DNA from: Paramecium tetraurelia
Taxonomy: Eukaryota
NCBI GenBank assembly: GCA_000165425.1
Contig: CT868097.1
Span: 378,867 to 442,866 of the forward strand
Direction: 5' to 3'
Length of the DNA: 64,000 nt
Part shown: positions 39,027-53,112 of the stretch, one piece after another
How positions within the stretch are numbered: position 1 is the stretch's first letter
Layout: the number at the start of each line of letters is the position of its first letter
The notes under the pieces: model-generated
The model's database searches: none
Told to the model about the DNA's origin: nothing
What the model saw: the letters and a program-made list of their open reading frames with translations, nothing else
Position numbers and translations under genes: made by a program

Positions 39027-40484
39027 TCATTTTCTATTAAACGTTCCTATTGGATGATTACGAATTAGTAAACCAATACAATCAGAGAAGTCTATATAAT
39101 TAATTAAGAGACTTTAAACATGTTAGATGAAGAAGTTTTAAGCATAACTGAAATTAAATTACATCTGATTGACATTCTGAATTTTTATTAAAGCATCACA
39201 TCCTTTTCTTTGTAATACTATTTCAATTTTTTCTTTTTCAAAATACTAAATTTTTGAAATAATCTCAAAAATCTAAATTAAAAAAATCTTCAATTGACTT
39301 TTAAACGAGTAAATATTGAAATTCTATTCACAACATACTATTTCTATATTTAACTCAGGAAACAAGTATTTTTTATAAATATGTATTAATTTAGATATGA
39401 TTGTCTTTAAATCTATTCTCTTAATTACTTTATTATTTAGCATCAAAATAGAAAGAACCCCCCAATTAAACAATTTTTTATGTTTAAAATCTTAATTGGA
39501 CTTTAAGAAATATTCAAGTTTCAATTATTCTTTTTCGATATCTATTTATTTCTTATCTTATATATCTATATCTTATAAAATAATCAAATAATTCTATTAT
39601 TAGAGATCAACTTTGCAATATTTTATTTAGAAAGTTTGTTTTTTAAAAGTAATAATCAAATATCCATTATTTTCTAATTTTTGAGATAATAATAGTGATT
39701 CAAACGACTATTTTTTTTCTGTTGTATATGATCTCATTAAACTTCTTGCATTGCATCCATCGCAATAGTATTCATCAAAGCCAGGAAACTATTCAATTTA
39801 ATGTCTTGTATTTAAATTGAACAACATTGTATCTTCTGATAAAGAAATTTTAAAGTATGGTCTCTAAATGATAAAAGAATAGGCATCCTCAAGCTTATTT
39901 TCTTATAAATTTTAAATAAAACTTAGTCGAGATCTAGATTCATAATAGTGAGCAGTAACCAGAGTCATTAATGCTCCAAAAAATGCCATTCCAATTAGTA
40001 AAGAATCAACTTAATTTGATTAATATATAGTAACTAATATGCGTAAAATTAAATGGCTGGTCACCTAAATTATCGCATGACTAAAGCTTGATATTATGTA
40101 TAAAGCTGCCTGTAATTGCATGATCACATTTCCATATGCATAAAATTCACTTGTTGTTGCTGTAGAGGAATCTACATCCAACTATATAAATCCCAACATA
40201 ATATTGGTAAATGTTATTCCTAATTGCAAGAATTATATTTTTTTCATTGTTATAATCGTAACATATTCTAAAATGGTAATTAATGTCAAGACAATATATA
40301 TGTATTAGCTTTCTATGGTACGGGATGTTGATTAAATTATTATTGTAATTACATTACAAACAAAGGTTAAAATGAGCGTACATATAAATACAGGTTTTTT
40401 AATAGATAGAGATCTTTCTAATTAATACTATTTCTCAAGTTCTGAATTCTCAAAAATCATAAAACACTTTTGCATTATTTACAT
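39027..40484 (-). CDS. Membrane protein with N-terminal TM bundle and PAS-like/degenerate histidine-kinase-like cytosolic region
   Basis: MIFENSELEKQYQLER followed by ~6 hydrophobic helices and a soluble C-terminal half. The CDS is well supported; the domain call is tentative. Confidence 0.6.
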
Positions 40485-41081
40485 TTTTATTTTATTTCTG
40501 GAATAATGTATCTATTGATGAGTATTAATATTAAATGATATTGCATTTATTTTCTTCTTACAGCGTTGAAATGTTGGATGAAATTCTGCTAGAATAGACT
40601 TAAGTAAATATAGAGGAAGTATTTAAATAAAACATGGTATTTATAGAATTAAGATTAAATAATATAACTTTAAAGAAGTACAATCCTCCATTATTTATAC
40701 GACTTAAATAATTACGAAATATTTTTATTTTTAAATTTAGGAATTTATTTAATCATCTATTATCAATGTAAGAAATTAAATTATCAATAGATTTTTTTGA
40801 ATATCTCGTTTTTACAAATAATTAGAGCTCATATTAAATTCCTATAATATTTTATAATATTTCAAATATAATTATTAATATTAATAAATATATTATTAAA
40901 ATGATAAAGTCGATGTAAAATTTTAAGGTTTATGTTTATTTATTGTTTCCATTATAAACATATTTTTCTTGTATTTGTCAAAAATTTTGTAATTGTTGCT
41001 TAATGTTATGGAGAACATGAGATTAAAATTATCAAATTAATTTTATATTCAAAAATACCTTCTTAATATACACAATATTAT

Positions 41082-44000
41082 TCATTTAGACTCTTCTAGA
41101 AAGATTTTAAAGGCTATAAGAAGGGGCTTTTTACTACTATATTCAGAAGCTATTTTTCTGTTCAAAACATTGAGTATTTTTTACCATTTTTATTTATCAA
41201 TTTCATCCATTTTTATCTCATTTAATCTTTTCAGTTATTCAGTATAAACTGATATCCAGTTTTCCTTTAATTGTTCATAATTTTATTCAGCATCTGTATT
41301 ATCTATTGGTTATGAAATTAATAATACTTTTGACTTTTAGGAACTTATTTTATTAAGCATCACTGAAAAGCTCATGTTCCATACATAATATAGAGAATCT
41401 GTCAAAAGAAAGATTTTTTTCATCATCCTCTACTAAATCAGCGTATTCTTCAAAAATTTCTTCAAATTTTTCTTCTTCAAACTTATCTGGTTCAATATGT
41501 CTAATCAAAAGAAGCCATTCATCTAAATTGCACATTCCATTTCCATCAAGATCACATGCAGCAAATGCATTAATAACATATAATTTAGTTTTTTCTACAT
41601 TGTTTCTAAATATGGTTAATACTCTTATCATAAGCAGATCAAAATCAACTATCCCTGCTTTGTTGATGTTTTTTGGATCATGTTCTTTTTAATTTTCTAA
41701 ATCTTATTTTAAATAATTTAATTCCTCTTAAGTAAAATTAAAATTTTGTAACTACCCCAAATAGGCTAAGGCCCGGACATAAGGAATATAATGTTTTTAT
41801 TCCTGTTCATTATCTTTAATAGTGATACCAAGATTTTAAATACTATGAACATATTCTAAGGCTTCCAAATATCTTTATAGTTCTTCAACTCTATAGTTTG
41901 ATTTTTCCTCTAATATATTCATAAATTTAGCAAATATATTAACTCTGACGATTTGCACATATTTCCTAACTGACAGCACAAGTATCATAAATCTTTGTTC
42001 AGTAACCTTAGTGTATCCAAATTGTTGTAAATAGTAATTATAAATATATGCTGCCATATCTTAATCTCTTAATAGTTTATTCTCTTTTTAATTTGCTATT
42101 TTTTCTAAGTAAAAGGTAGATATCATTTTGAGGACTAGCTTAAGAGGCAGGTAATTATTGAATTTTCCTACTGACTTAGATTTGAGTTTTTCAATAAGCA
42201 ACTTTGATTAATTTTTTTAGAAATCATAACTAATTGTCACCTAATTTTAATTATATTTAGTTTACTTTTTATCCTAATTGTGGGGCAATCTTTTTAATTT
42301 TCCTTTAAACCAATGTATTTTATTTTTAATTTTATGGTTTCTTCTCTTATTAAGCAAGTACTTAATTGAGATCCATAGCATCTGACATAATTTAGTTTTC
42401 AAAATCTGAAACTTTAATATGTAGATTAGTGATTTAATCAATAAATTTAGAATTTTGTTCTTTGAGCTCCCTATTTTAATTCTCTAACTTATCATTAATG
42501 GTTTTTAATTCCTCTATTGCTGAATTACTGTTTTTAATAGTATTTTCTAGTTAAATTAATTTTGTTCCTTATAATTTAATAAATGTGATCATATTTTTAA
42601 CTTTGATATTATTCATTGATGTTTATTAAGGTTATTTTTCAATAATTATGGAGGTTCTCTTAGTATTTGTTTTAATGGATGTTTACCTTACAAGTTAGGG
42701 TGTATTATTTGGTATTCCAGATTGAGACATCTAACTATCCACGAACTTAACTATCTCTTCTTCATTTAATTTATCAATTGCATTGATGTTTAAAAAAGAA
42801 ATGTTTGTTTAAGATAAATCACCTTCTGTTTTATCTTTTGGAATATTAAAGAAGTCGATAAAATTAATAGCTTGATCACATATATCTTAGTTCAGATCAT
42901 CAAACTTTTTCTCTGTCAAATTTAAATGCGTTTAAACTTCTTTGGTTGTTGTGTAATTGAGAAGGAGATCTAATCCTACTTATGATTCTTTTTCCCTTGT
43001 TTCGACAATCCTTTCAGTATTAAATTCTATTTAATTCAATTCTTTTTCTTCTTCATCTTCTTCTTCTGTAATTGATGGAGAAGAGTCTTCTTATTGCTCT
43101 TCGATCAAGGAAGAAAATTTGTTTTCTTTATTTGAAGTTGTGTTACCTTGTTAACTTATGTTAGTATTGGATCCAATTTATTGGCTTTAATATACTGAAT
43201 ATCTTATTTATTAAGTAGACTATCTATGATCTTTGTGTGCTTTATTTTCTAAGTAATCAATTTTTCTTTGTAATTAAAGAATTTCAAATCCTAATTCTTT
43301 GATCTTCCTGTTTTTAATAAGAATTTCATTTTGTTTTAACTCTAATTATTGTTTTTACTAATTAATTTTAGCTCTTAAATCTTTCATATCGTTTTCGTTT
43401 TGTTAAATCTGCATTAATTGATTTTTGTTTTAAGACTTTAATGAAATCAGCTATTTTTCCATATCTTCATGTGCCCAAACATGATTAGTGTTCATTCTAA
43501 TTATTTCATCTATTTTTTATATTTCTAACTGTTTTTCATGTAATGTTAATTAATATTTTTGATCTGATATTTACTAATTTAACTCTCTCATAAACGTGTC
43601 AAATAAATTAGCCATTTCTTTGCATTCTTCAGTAAAAAAATTTCTAATATATTATTCTATCTTCTATAATAAATCTGCTCTATTATTTTAATTTATTTAT
43701 TGTAAAAGAAGTTTTTCAGCTTATTTAGTTTATATACGTTTAGACCCATTACTTTTTTGATGCAACACCTTTTCGCAAGTATTAAATAAGAAGTATTTAT
43801 CAGGAGGTGAACTCTAAGTGGTCTTGATTTGATTTCTGAATGAGAGACAACTATCAATGGAATGCATCAAAGAATCACTTTACAATTATTAAGACTTATT
43901 CCTTTCATGCATAAAATTTTAAGTTCCTTCTTAATATAATGGTATTTACTTAATCTATTTTTGCATTTATCATAAAAGTCACTCATTATTTTTTATGTGT

Positions 44001-44133
44001 CCACTGATTTGATTAGATCAGTCTATGATGTTTTTATTCTTTTCTCTGATTTGATAGAATGTTATTTGCTCAAACATTTAGTATGTAAAGATGGCTGCAA
44101 AGCCTTTTGGTTAAAATTATTTCTAGCTTCCAT
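41082..44133 (-). CDS. Large coiled-coil protein with C-terminal EF-hand, TSNAXIP1-like segment
   Basis: MAAYIYNYYLQQFGYTKVTEQRFMILVLSVRKYVQIVRVNIFAKFM; EF loop CDLDGNGMCNLDEW; ends LEESK-TGA. Confidence 0.75.
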
Positions 44134-45322
44134 GAAAAGTAATAATTTAAATAGTTTAATAATCAAATGCTCTAAAAGGGGAATGTTATTTAAATGAAAA
44201 ACAAGAATAATTCAATTTTTGGGAAGCAAATCGCACTAGCAACATCTATATTGTGTCTATTACTATTTATTAAGTGAGCAGCAAACTTTGAACTTATAAT
44301 TGATAGAACTCTAAGGATTTCATTAAATACTTTAAAGATCAATAATTCTATTTTGTGCAAAGATTGTTGAAAGTTATCGTTGGACTTTATTAAAGTGTGT
44401 TTATTTTATGAAAATGCCATACTTGAATAGAACTTTGGATAATAAGGAAAACCATTTCTATATTACTATGATTATAATAAAAATTATACACTATTAGTTT
44501 ATATCGAATTTTAAGCGAATAAACACCTAAAAGAATTAAAATATTTGTATAATACTATGCAATTGCTAATTACTATTTTGATCATTAATTTTAAAATGCC
44601 TACCAAAGAGATAACACGTTTTTAAGAAGCTTGAACTAGTCTTGTCTAAAGTAACAAAACATAGACTAATTTAGTCAATAAATATGAGGTATAAAATTAA
44701 TTTATATGTTCAGTAGTGATTTATTATTGATGTTCAAGAAAGTAATTACCTTATAAGATATAATATTAAGTCTCATTTAATATTTAGTTGCATATTTAGA
44801 CCTGTTAATTTTTTAGTACTACTGAGATTTTAATTTGTTTTATTTTTTATTTAGGATCTTACACAGAATATAACTTGAATCTTTTTATTTTCATAAAGGA
44901 TAGGAGAAAAATCAAGAAAGTCTACTAAAAAGAAGCAAAAATTAATGTATAGAAACAAACTAGAGGACAAATAAGCTAAAAGATATAGCAATTAAAAAAT
45001 TTCTTCTTTTTAAGATTTGATTATTTTTGAATTTATCATTCTAGATCATTTTTTTTTAATTAATCAAATATTGACTATGAATTCATTTACTCTATAATAA
45101 TCAAAAAAAGGGATGTGGTGAATTTTGTAATTTCCTTTTGAATTTTTAAAGTATCTCATCAAGTACAGTGAATGCAGTTCATGTGGTTTCAATTATAATG
45201 GAATTTTGTGGATATGTGTCTACTACGACAGTATGCATGGTGTAGTAATTCTTATTTAAAGTGGAAAGCTTTTAATGTTTAGAATAAATAAAATATTAAT
45301 AATTATAAAGATTATCATCAAA

Positions 45323-46772
45323 ATGCAGTAAAGGACATCATCTAACTAAAAGATCTTTAATAACTAATACTAAATAATCAAAAAGCTATCTTCAGGTTCT
45401 TTTGGAGTAGTTTTTTTGGGAGTTGACCTCTTAACTAAATAAGAGGTGGCTATTAAGGTTGAAAAAGAAGAAAATGAAGAAGTGCGTTCATTAGAAAGGG
45501 AAGTTTAAATACTTAAGAAATTGGACGGTGCTGAAGGGTTCCCAAAATATTTTTGGTCAGGTGAAGATCAAGGCTACAACATTCTGGTTATTTAATTGTT
45601 GGGGAAGGATTTGTCCTATCATTTTAAGCAATTAAAAAAATTCTCTCTCAAAACTGTCCTCACTATAGGGATTCAAGCAGTATAGATTTTGGAGAGATCT
45701 CATTAAAAAGGTGTCATTCACAGAGATTTGAAACCTGAAAATATGATATTAGGAATTGGGAGAGAGATCTCAAAGTTATATTTAATAGACTTCGGAATAA
45801 GTAAAATATATCGAGATTCAAATGGGAAACACATGTATCGAACATATTTTATTTTATAATTTAAGATCGTTCAAAGATCAAAAATCTTTCTTAGGTACGA
45901 CTCGATATGCGTCGATAGCGGCACATTTAGGACATGAACTGGGTCGCAAGGACGATTTAGAATCCTTAATGTATATTCTCTTGTATTTTTTAAGAGGGTA
46001 GTAAATTATTTATTAAATAAGATAGTTACCTTGGTAAAATATGGTTAATGTGACTGATGAAGAACGAACAAAGAAAGTGGGAGAGATGAAACTATCGATG
46101 GAACGTGAAGTTTTTAAAGATTAGCCGGGTGAGCTACAACGCAATTTTGAGTACTCATCAAATTTCACATTTAAGTTATATAAGAAAACTTTAATTTAAA
46201 TAGGAACCAAATTACAAAATGATAGTATAAGAATTTAGAAGAGCAGCTGAATCTTCAAATATATCAATTGATGGCAATTTTGATTGGACAGAAATTAAAT
46301 AATCCACACATTATTAGACAGACTCTAATCAAAATTAAAGCAGAAACAACATACCTACGAATTCTAATGAAATGAAAAAATCTATTGAAAAACAACTCTC
46401 AGTTATTTAACATAGGTATATATTCATAGTTATTACTTCTAAGCTCTAATAATTTATTGGCTCCTCCTCCTTTAGGTTCTGCTCGAGGAACCTTCTAAAG
46501 AGATGACATCAGAAAGAACTCCAGTCTTACTCAATAAAGCAGTATTAATTATTGCTAATCTCTCAATCCAAATTACTAAAAATCTATCTGTGAGGAACCT
46601 CTTTAAGAGGATAATCGTTATTATGATTTTGATAGTGTTGAAATAAGCGAAAATTATAAGGCAGACTCTAGTTTGTACAACAAATATCATAAAATTAAAC
46701 TGGGAATTTTTGTGTAAATTTATTTTTAATTAAATTAGACATTTTCTCCCAAAACAAATCAAACTTAAATGA
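45323..46772 (+). CDS. Casein kinase 1 family protein kinase
   Basis: [60 protein letters not shown]; five introns. Confidence 0.93.
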
Positions 46773-46972
46773 ATTTTATCTATTTATATAACTTAATTAG
46801 ATAATCTTAAGTATATATATCTATTTGTACGTGTATGTATAATATTAAAGGTCTTCAAACTATCGAGTAATTAATATCTTGTTTATAGAGTATTCTCAAA
46901 ATAAATTTATATATAAGTCAAAAATATAATATATTATAATTCATTATAAATTATAATAAATTACATGATTTA

Positions 46973-49900
46973 TCACTTTTTTTCAATTAATGGTAAACTC
47001 AATTAATTACGAGCACTTTTTGGTGATAATTGTCTTGCCTTCTTTATATTATCCACAACAAAGTTTCGACTCAAAGTCATCGACATCTGAATTTATGATT
47101 ATTATAATTATTTATTATCAACCAGTGATTACTTAATCTAAGGAGGAACGTACCTTGGTAATACACCTCTAATGGAATATGACCTAAATTTAATATAAAT
47201 GAATTACCAATACATATCTTCAGTTTAAATTATCAATTTACCTTTTCTAATCTTACCATATTCAACAGGTGTAAAACTAATAATAAAAGTAGTTCCCTCT
47301 CTTCCATAAGGTTCTAAGTCTCCGATTTTTGGGATGACCGAAAATTCAGCATCTGACTCAGGAGAAAAGGCTGCTGTAAATTTACTATAGTTTTTTGTTT
47401 TATTCGTTAATTTAAATGAAACACTGGTTGTTTTATTTAGTGGAGAACTAATTAAAATTGTATCATCTTCTTCGGGTTCAGTAGCTTCAAGCTATATTTT
47501 GTATTTCCATCTTCCGCCTGATTGTCTAAGCACAATAAACTCCATAGATGTCTTAAAGGGTTTCATAGGTTGAAACCTTACAAAGTAAAGCAAATTATCA
47601 TGAGGACTGTCGAGGTGATTCTTTAGACACTTGATAGTAAAGCATTTCTAAATCATAGTCTATAAATCCAAAGGCATCCCACCTAATTCATAGTCAAATT
47701 TATCATCTGCTTACAAACTCTATGCAATTCCTTGTAACCCTACTTTGATTTCATCTTCCCATTTTTCTCTACATTTAGCTTTGAAATGAAATAGAGTCTA
47801 AGTTGAGACAGATTCAGTAACTCCCTTAACTGGGAAATGCCATTATATCTTCTCATTCATTGAGATGACTACTTCACAGTAATAGCTTGTAATTTCTCTG
47901 GGTACAAATGAGAAAGGGACTTGAAGCACATTCATTCCTGGAACAAGAGTTTTATCGTTTTTTTGATTTCTAACAAGCAATAATTTAAAGACTTCTTGGT
48001 TATGACCTTCAGCGTCTAATGAAATAGAAACCTAAATAGGTTCTTTGAATGGATTTTTAAAATGAATGACTGAACTATAGTCTTTGTTTAATCCAATACT
48101 AACAGTGGTTGCTGGGAATTTAGTGGGAGGTAATCCGCTTCCGAAGACTAAATAATGCCATTTGCCAATTGGTGAAGTAAAAATGATATCTGATTATTCG
48201 ATGATATCTAATGAAGATGGAGTATATCTCAAAGCAACCTTTAAAGAATCATATGGTTGTATATGTAATTCATCTGGATATATATCGAAATTAGTAGGAT
48301 TAGTAATTCTGCATTAGACTTGAATCTTTTAATCAGAAGGATTCTCAAGGACGACAACCTGTTGTTCAACCTTACCCAACGAGGCTTTTAAAACATTCAA
48401 TCTGATAATGGGTTGATCTTCACATGTGAGAATGAATTCATACCAGACTTCTCCTAATAATCTATTCACAAATGCAACACTGCCTCTCCATCTTCCAATT
48501 TTTAATGGAGCAAAGGTTAATTCATATGCAGCCTCTTTTCTAGCTCCAATTGCAAACTGCTCTTCACCAATTAAACCTTCTCCATTAATCATAACCTCAT
48601 AAATTGCAGTTTCTGTAAGAGGATTGGCAAGGGTTAATTGAATAACAGTGGCTTATCTAATCAAACAAGACACTTCAAGTGTTTGAACTGACTTTGGAGA
48701 CTCAGTATTCATGAATACTGTGTACCATAAATAATGTCCTTGTTCATCAGTAAATGTGATTGATCCTGTATATTAACCACTTAAGACTGGTTGTACTTAC
48801 AAGACATAAGTGGCTTTCTTTTACGGTTAAACGACTATTTAGGATGGTCCTGTCGCATAGATCAAATCTGTATCGACAGCATAAATGATTGCTTTATCAG
48901 TTGGATTCTTCAATTCGATTTCCTTCTTAGTAATTTTTCTTGCTTAACAATTCAGAATTATATGTTCCTCTGCTACTGGTTCTTCCCCATAGCCTTTAAG
49001 ATCATACTCGAAAACATCGTTGGTTGTTGGATTTGTTAATACCAACTTGGCTTCACTCTCCTACAACCAAGATGGACTAAAAGAAATTGGGAAGTTGCTT
49101 GTGGCCTTTTTTTTGACAAAGAAGTCTCTCTAAGGACAGGAGAATAACCCTTTGGATTCTGATAGTTACACTTTTATTTACCAATCCCTGTCTGTCTGAT
49201 TTACTATAGGGATTTCTTAGATTACAGATTATCTAGCAGGTACTCTAAATTCTAACATAGCCTTAACAATCTTAGGTAATACTATTGCAGATAATTTATA
49301 TCTTCTAATATCGAATTTATTTCTTAGAGTTAGGATTACACTAAAATCTTTTGTAGCATTTTTGAATGCATATAGAATGGGTAGTTTACAATCAATATTC
49401 TCAGTTCCTGGTTTCTTTGTTTATTTGTTTAAATCAGTTACTTATAAAGTGGGAGGAAGATTCAAGTATTGTGTTTGTGGATAAATTTCTACTTCGAATG
49501 TTATGATATCCAAATTAGAACCTGGGAAGTTGAGCTTAGATGCTGTTAAAGTTGAGGCCTATTTATCTCCTTTTATCTATCTGTATTTTTATTTCATCTA
49601 AACCAATTATTGAATTTGGCTGCGAGCTCGAGCCAACTATTCATTTCTGAATGGAATTGTATATGAAATCGTTTAGGTACTATCAACATACAATGATTTG
49701 TCAGGCTTGAATTCTCCAATAATATTGGGCAATTCAACTGTCCCTTATAAATCATGTTGGAATTCACCTACGTTTGGATCCGTAAAAATAAGTGAACATT
49801 TGTGCGTATCTATTGTTAATGGAATATAGGTCAATGAAAAGTTTATAGTTTAATTCTTTCTAATTCTTTGCTTATCAATTGTACAGAAGAAAGAAGGGAA

Positions 49901-52900
49901 TTCTTCTTCAGGAGGAGCATCTTTCGCTGGAGGAGCCTTCTTCTTTTTCCCCCTCTGTTCAACTTACTTCTTCTCATGCAATACCTAAATCTAAAACTCT
50001 CCATCTTGTGGGAACTTATTAGTAATTTAAATCTGGAAGTCAAATATCTCATACAGGATTGAACTTACATTCCATTACTTTTCAGACTTCCTTCCTGTAA
50101 TATTACTTTTCAAATCAAATACTAATGCTGCTGCCTGAACATTGGTCTCCTTTTTGTTTGTGAAAATCACTCTTCCAGTAACAGGCAGAGAAATACGAGA
50201 AGTGAATTTAACTTTGTAATTATAAGGTATATCTGGTTCAATTTTTATGCTTTCATCGCCTTCTAATTAAAAGTCAGGATGACCCTCATATTTAACAAAA
50301 TAACTGATTGGTTTTGGAGTCGGATTTCTTAATTCAATTGATTTTATTACTTCTTCTCCCAATATACATTAGAATATGATGGGCTCCTTCTAAGGCACAT
50401 AATGAGGAAGAGAAAAGAATAGTTGTACTAACATCATTAACATTTCTCTAGGGTAAGGTTTATGGTAGATGTCTCTGGCTTGAACATGGGATTGTAAACC
50501 ATAATCACTTAAAGCTGGCATTAATTTATCAGCATTGTGTCTATAGTCATCCTCACTTTATAGATTAGTCCTTAAATTGCTAAAGAACTTCTACATACTA
50601 GCACCAATAAATTAAGTCACTGCATCTGCTATCAGCAAGCTGTCTCTGAATTCAGATGCGAAGTTGCTTATCCTTCTTATCTGGCCTGTATGTTGTTGTT
50701 CATAACAAACTTCATAGAACCAAAGAATAACACCTTCCGCATGAGATATTATATTTGATCCATCTAAATAGTAATCTGGAATGTTCAATCTCTCAGCTGG
50801 AATTCCAGGCAGTTATTTGAATGATTTTGCTGTTATTCTATTGAGATAATAAATTTTAATTATTTGATAGAATGTTGAAACCCATGCATCATAGTGTAGA
50901 TAGTTGTATTTAGCTTAACTCAGTTGTAATCTATTGTCGGGTACAAACTCATATTTGTCTTTAGGCAGTGTCTTTAACCAAGCATTGTAATCATTATGTC
51001 CTAATAAATATTCTGACCTTATGTGATTCAGTAGGGCTCCCTCTATTTTTAGTTATCTTACTAATTCATCATATTATTTAAATTAAGCTTCCGCCTTTTG
51101 TTGGCGTTTCCAGTTTTGATCAACCTATGCTTTATATTGGAAATTAACTTTGCCTGTTAGAAAAGTTAATAATTCAAATATTTGTTATCCAAAACTTGTT
51201 ACAATGTCTTCAGGAAATTTATTAATAGGTTGTGTAAGAACATGATAATTCATCCATCTCATTATGTAATCACAAGCTTCATTCTGGGTTTCAGCATCCA
51301 AAGGTCGATAACCTAAATGTGAAGTCCCTTTTGAACTAGTTGTACTTTTTACAGACATTGTATGATTTCGCTTCATTTTCTCATTGTCACTGTCAGCACC
51401 ATCATCTTCTTAAAACATCAATGGTTTTTTTTCATCTGCTACCATTTGATACTTTTGTATTCTCTACAAGTATATCTAATTTGTCAATAAACAATTATCT
51501 GTCGTCCCAGATACATATATGGAATACACTCTCCCTTCATCTTAGAATTCTGCTCTCGTAGTAAATGAAATTGGCTTTTTATGAGAAAAGTACACATCAA
51601 CTTTTAATTTACTTTTCGCAACTCCTAATGTTTAACCTTCTGGAAATTTTAGTTCCAAGTAAAAATTACTTGTCTCACTTGACCAATTATGTTTTAAATT
51701 CAAATTCTCATAACCATCATTTATAATTTTGAATGAACATTTTGAAACTACATTCAGAGGCACCACTGGCAATATGACTTCTTTTTTATCAAATAATAAT
51801 CTGGGATATGCCCCTGATCCTTGAATAAGTAAATCAACATATGGCAAAGTCTTTGGTATGTCAGGATCAGATTCAATGTACAGTGAAACTGTTGATTAAA
51901 ATACTCCAGGCCCATATGGGTTAAATTTAACTCTAATTTTTACCTATTATCCAGACCCAACTATTCCTTCACTAGGTTCTATAGTAAATATTTTATCAAT
52001 TTTCAATGGTGAAGTATCAATACGCCATTTTACATCCTTTCTATCTGGATTTGATAATTTTATCTCTTCTACTGTAGGGTAACATTTATCAGGAGATGTG
52101 ATGATCTTTTTTTTAAATTCAATTGATTGTGGTTCAACTAAAAATTTAGGTTTCAGGCCTTTGCAAGATACTCTTCTAGTTAAGGAGGCTAAATTCTGAT
52201 TAAATCTTGCTAAAGTGATTGGCATATCAAATTGATAATGCTTTACATCTTTAGGAGAAAATTTCATCAAGAAAACTTATGTTCTACCAGGCAATATAGT
52301 TAAATTATAGGATCTATACTCCTTAGTTTCCAAATCAATTTATTCAGATTTTTCAGATTGATTGTCCAATGACTCATCTAATTTTGGGGCTGGTTCATCC
52401 TCATTCTCTGGGTGAATTGAATGCAAGATTGTATCATCTTCATCCTATGGTTTTACTTCTAAACAATCGATTCCATCAGGTGCTCTAGGATTCTCATTCT
52501 AATGTCTCAAATCCAAGACTAAATCAACTGGTATAGTGGAATTATTGACCAAGGTCATTGTCAATTAATTACTTGTTCCCAAAGTAGTTATATTTCCAAA
52601 ATCAAACTCTTCTTCCACAATTTCTATTTTTGGTATTATAGCTGACCCAACAACAGGCACTTGTAGTTACTTTCCTCCTCTAATTAAGATTATAATATCT
52701 CCTTTAATTATTCTTTCATCTTTAGAAAGGAATTTAACTTATAAATCTCTGGAGTCTTCTGAACTTATTTTTCCTTTTATGGGATAAACTTCAATTCCTT
52801 CTGGAAGCTTAGTTGTTTGAACCTAAAAAACTGCAGAACTTTTAGATAGATTCTTTAGAGTTAACACCTTAGCTTCTTACTTACAAACAACTATTTCCTT

Positions 52901-53081
52901 GAAATCTATAACAGCTTATTTGATAGCACATTTAGGTTCTGAAACAACTCCCGTGCATTTAATGTTCTAATCCAACCCATCTTCTGTTTTTAATAATAAT
53001 TTTTCTTCCTCGTTTCTAATAGTGGCAACAGTTGCTTATTATTAAGGTATTATTGATTGTTATTATTATTACTATTATTAC

Positions 53082-53112
<31 letters not shown>

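Noticed and set aside
40510..40600. TGATGA resembling a snoRNA C box
   Set aside because: No suitably placed CTGA D box or terminal stem found.
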